Shown: piece after piece, positions 63,572 through 64,000 of the stretch
Layout: every line of letters starts with the position of its first letter
Numbering within the stretch: the stretch's first letter is position 1
Origin: an uncultured Verrucomicrobiae bacterium
Lineage (GTDB): Bacteria > Verrucomicrobiota > Verrucomicrobiia > Chthoniobacterales > UBA10450
Direction of reading: 5' to 3'
Length of the DNA stretch: 64,000 bases
NCBI GenBank assembly: GCA_963834385.1
Contig: CAWIBO010000002.1
Location: forward strand, 1,024,001-1,088,000
Notes under the pieces: generated by a model
Databases searched by the model: none
What the model was told of the DNA's origin: nothing
Seen by the model: only the letters and a program-made list of their open reading frames with translations
Program-made: the position numbers and the translations under genes

Positions 63572-63712
63572 GACTGGTCGCGGGCAAGTTAATGCAGGGG
63601 CGCCTCATGACAAGCCGGGGGTGACCGGGGTGTCTGCCGGGTGCCTTTTTCAGGCTTTGAGCGACTAAAATGGGCTGGATTTAAGGCGGGCGCTCTGATT
63701 CCCTTTGAGACC

Positions 63713-64000
63713 ATGAACGCCTGCATGCTGCGCTTGTGGATTCCTTTTCTCCTTCTTTCCGCCCTGGTGGCCCCCGCGGCGGAGGCGCAGACGCGCCCGG
63801 CTCTTCTCGGCAGCGGACCGACTTCGCTGATCGACATGGTGGACACCCAAAAGATCGCTGCGGCCGGAATGAAGGATGGCCTGGTCATGTTCACGGTCTT
63901 CGTGACCTCGAGCGGGGTGCCGAAGTCGCCCGCCACCTTCCGGGAATCAAAGGGATCCAAGCCGCTCGTGGCCGAGCTGCGACGCTGCCTCGAGCGCTGC
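63713..64000 (+). CDS. Secreted hypothetical protein, truncated by the window end
   Basis: Open frame MNACMLRLWIPFLLLSALVAPAAEAQTRPALLGSGP... with a signal peptide and no stop before 64000. Confidence 0.7.
   Translation, partial: MNACMLRLWIPFLLLSALVAPAAEAQTRPALLGSGPTSLIDMVDTQKIAAAGMKDGLVMFTVFVTSSGVPKSPATFRESKGSKPLVAELRRCLERC

Noticed and set aside
63400..63600. tRNA-Thr as an integration site for an island
   Set aside because: No integrase nearby, and I noticed no duplicated tRNA 3' end in the window.

Overview
GC-rich, gene-dense bacterial chromosomal segment, most likely Verrucomicrobiota (Chthoniobacterales/Spartobacteria-like). This is inferred from the RpoA N-terminus MPVRYGRFEMPK and PVC-type hypothetical proteins, not from a search. 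It holds mostly core and metabolic genes: sufCBD, ggt, pyrR-pyrB-pyrC, mrp, lemA-TPM-TPM, rpoA-rplQ, rhlE, sseA-sufE-carB, aguB, sodC, yhaM, thiG, treZ, polX, priA, an ABC importer and tRNA-Thr(TGT). I see no CRISPR array, integrase, transposase, prophage or rRNA. About a dozen single-base frameshifts, one in essential rplQ, point to long-read consensus errors. The best leads are: (1) a PafBC/DriD-type WYL regulator facing a 63-aa microprotein across 44 bp, with a -26-type TGTC box and a beta-clamp-like QAEFDF motif; (2) a sigma54/enhancer/IHF promoter in front of a 76-aa membrane peptide; (3) rpoA-rplQ detached from the alpha operon behind a structured leader; (4) a PyrR RNA hairpin covering the pyrR Shine-Dalgarno; (5) an unassigned ~170-nt structured element between an orphan DNA methyltransferase and thiG; (6) a split, reversed ArgZ/AgrE-like pair; (7) a START-peptidase-START-GT-C cluster. 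All family calls come from motif recognition by eye, without database searches.
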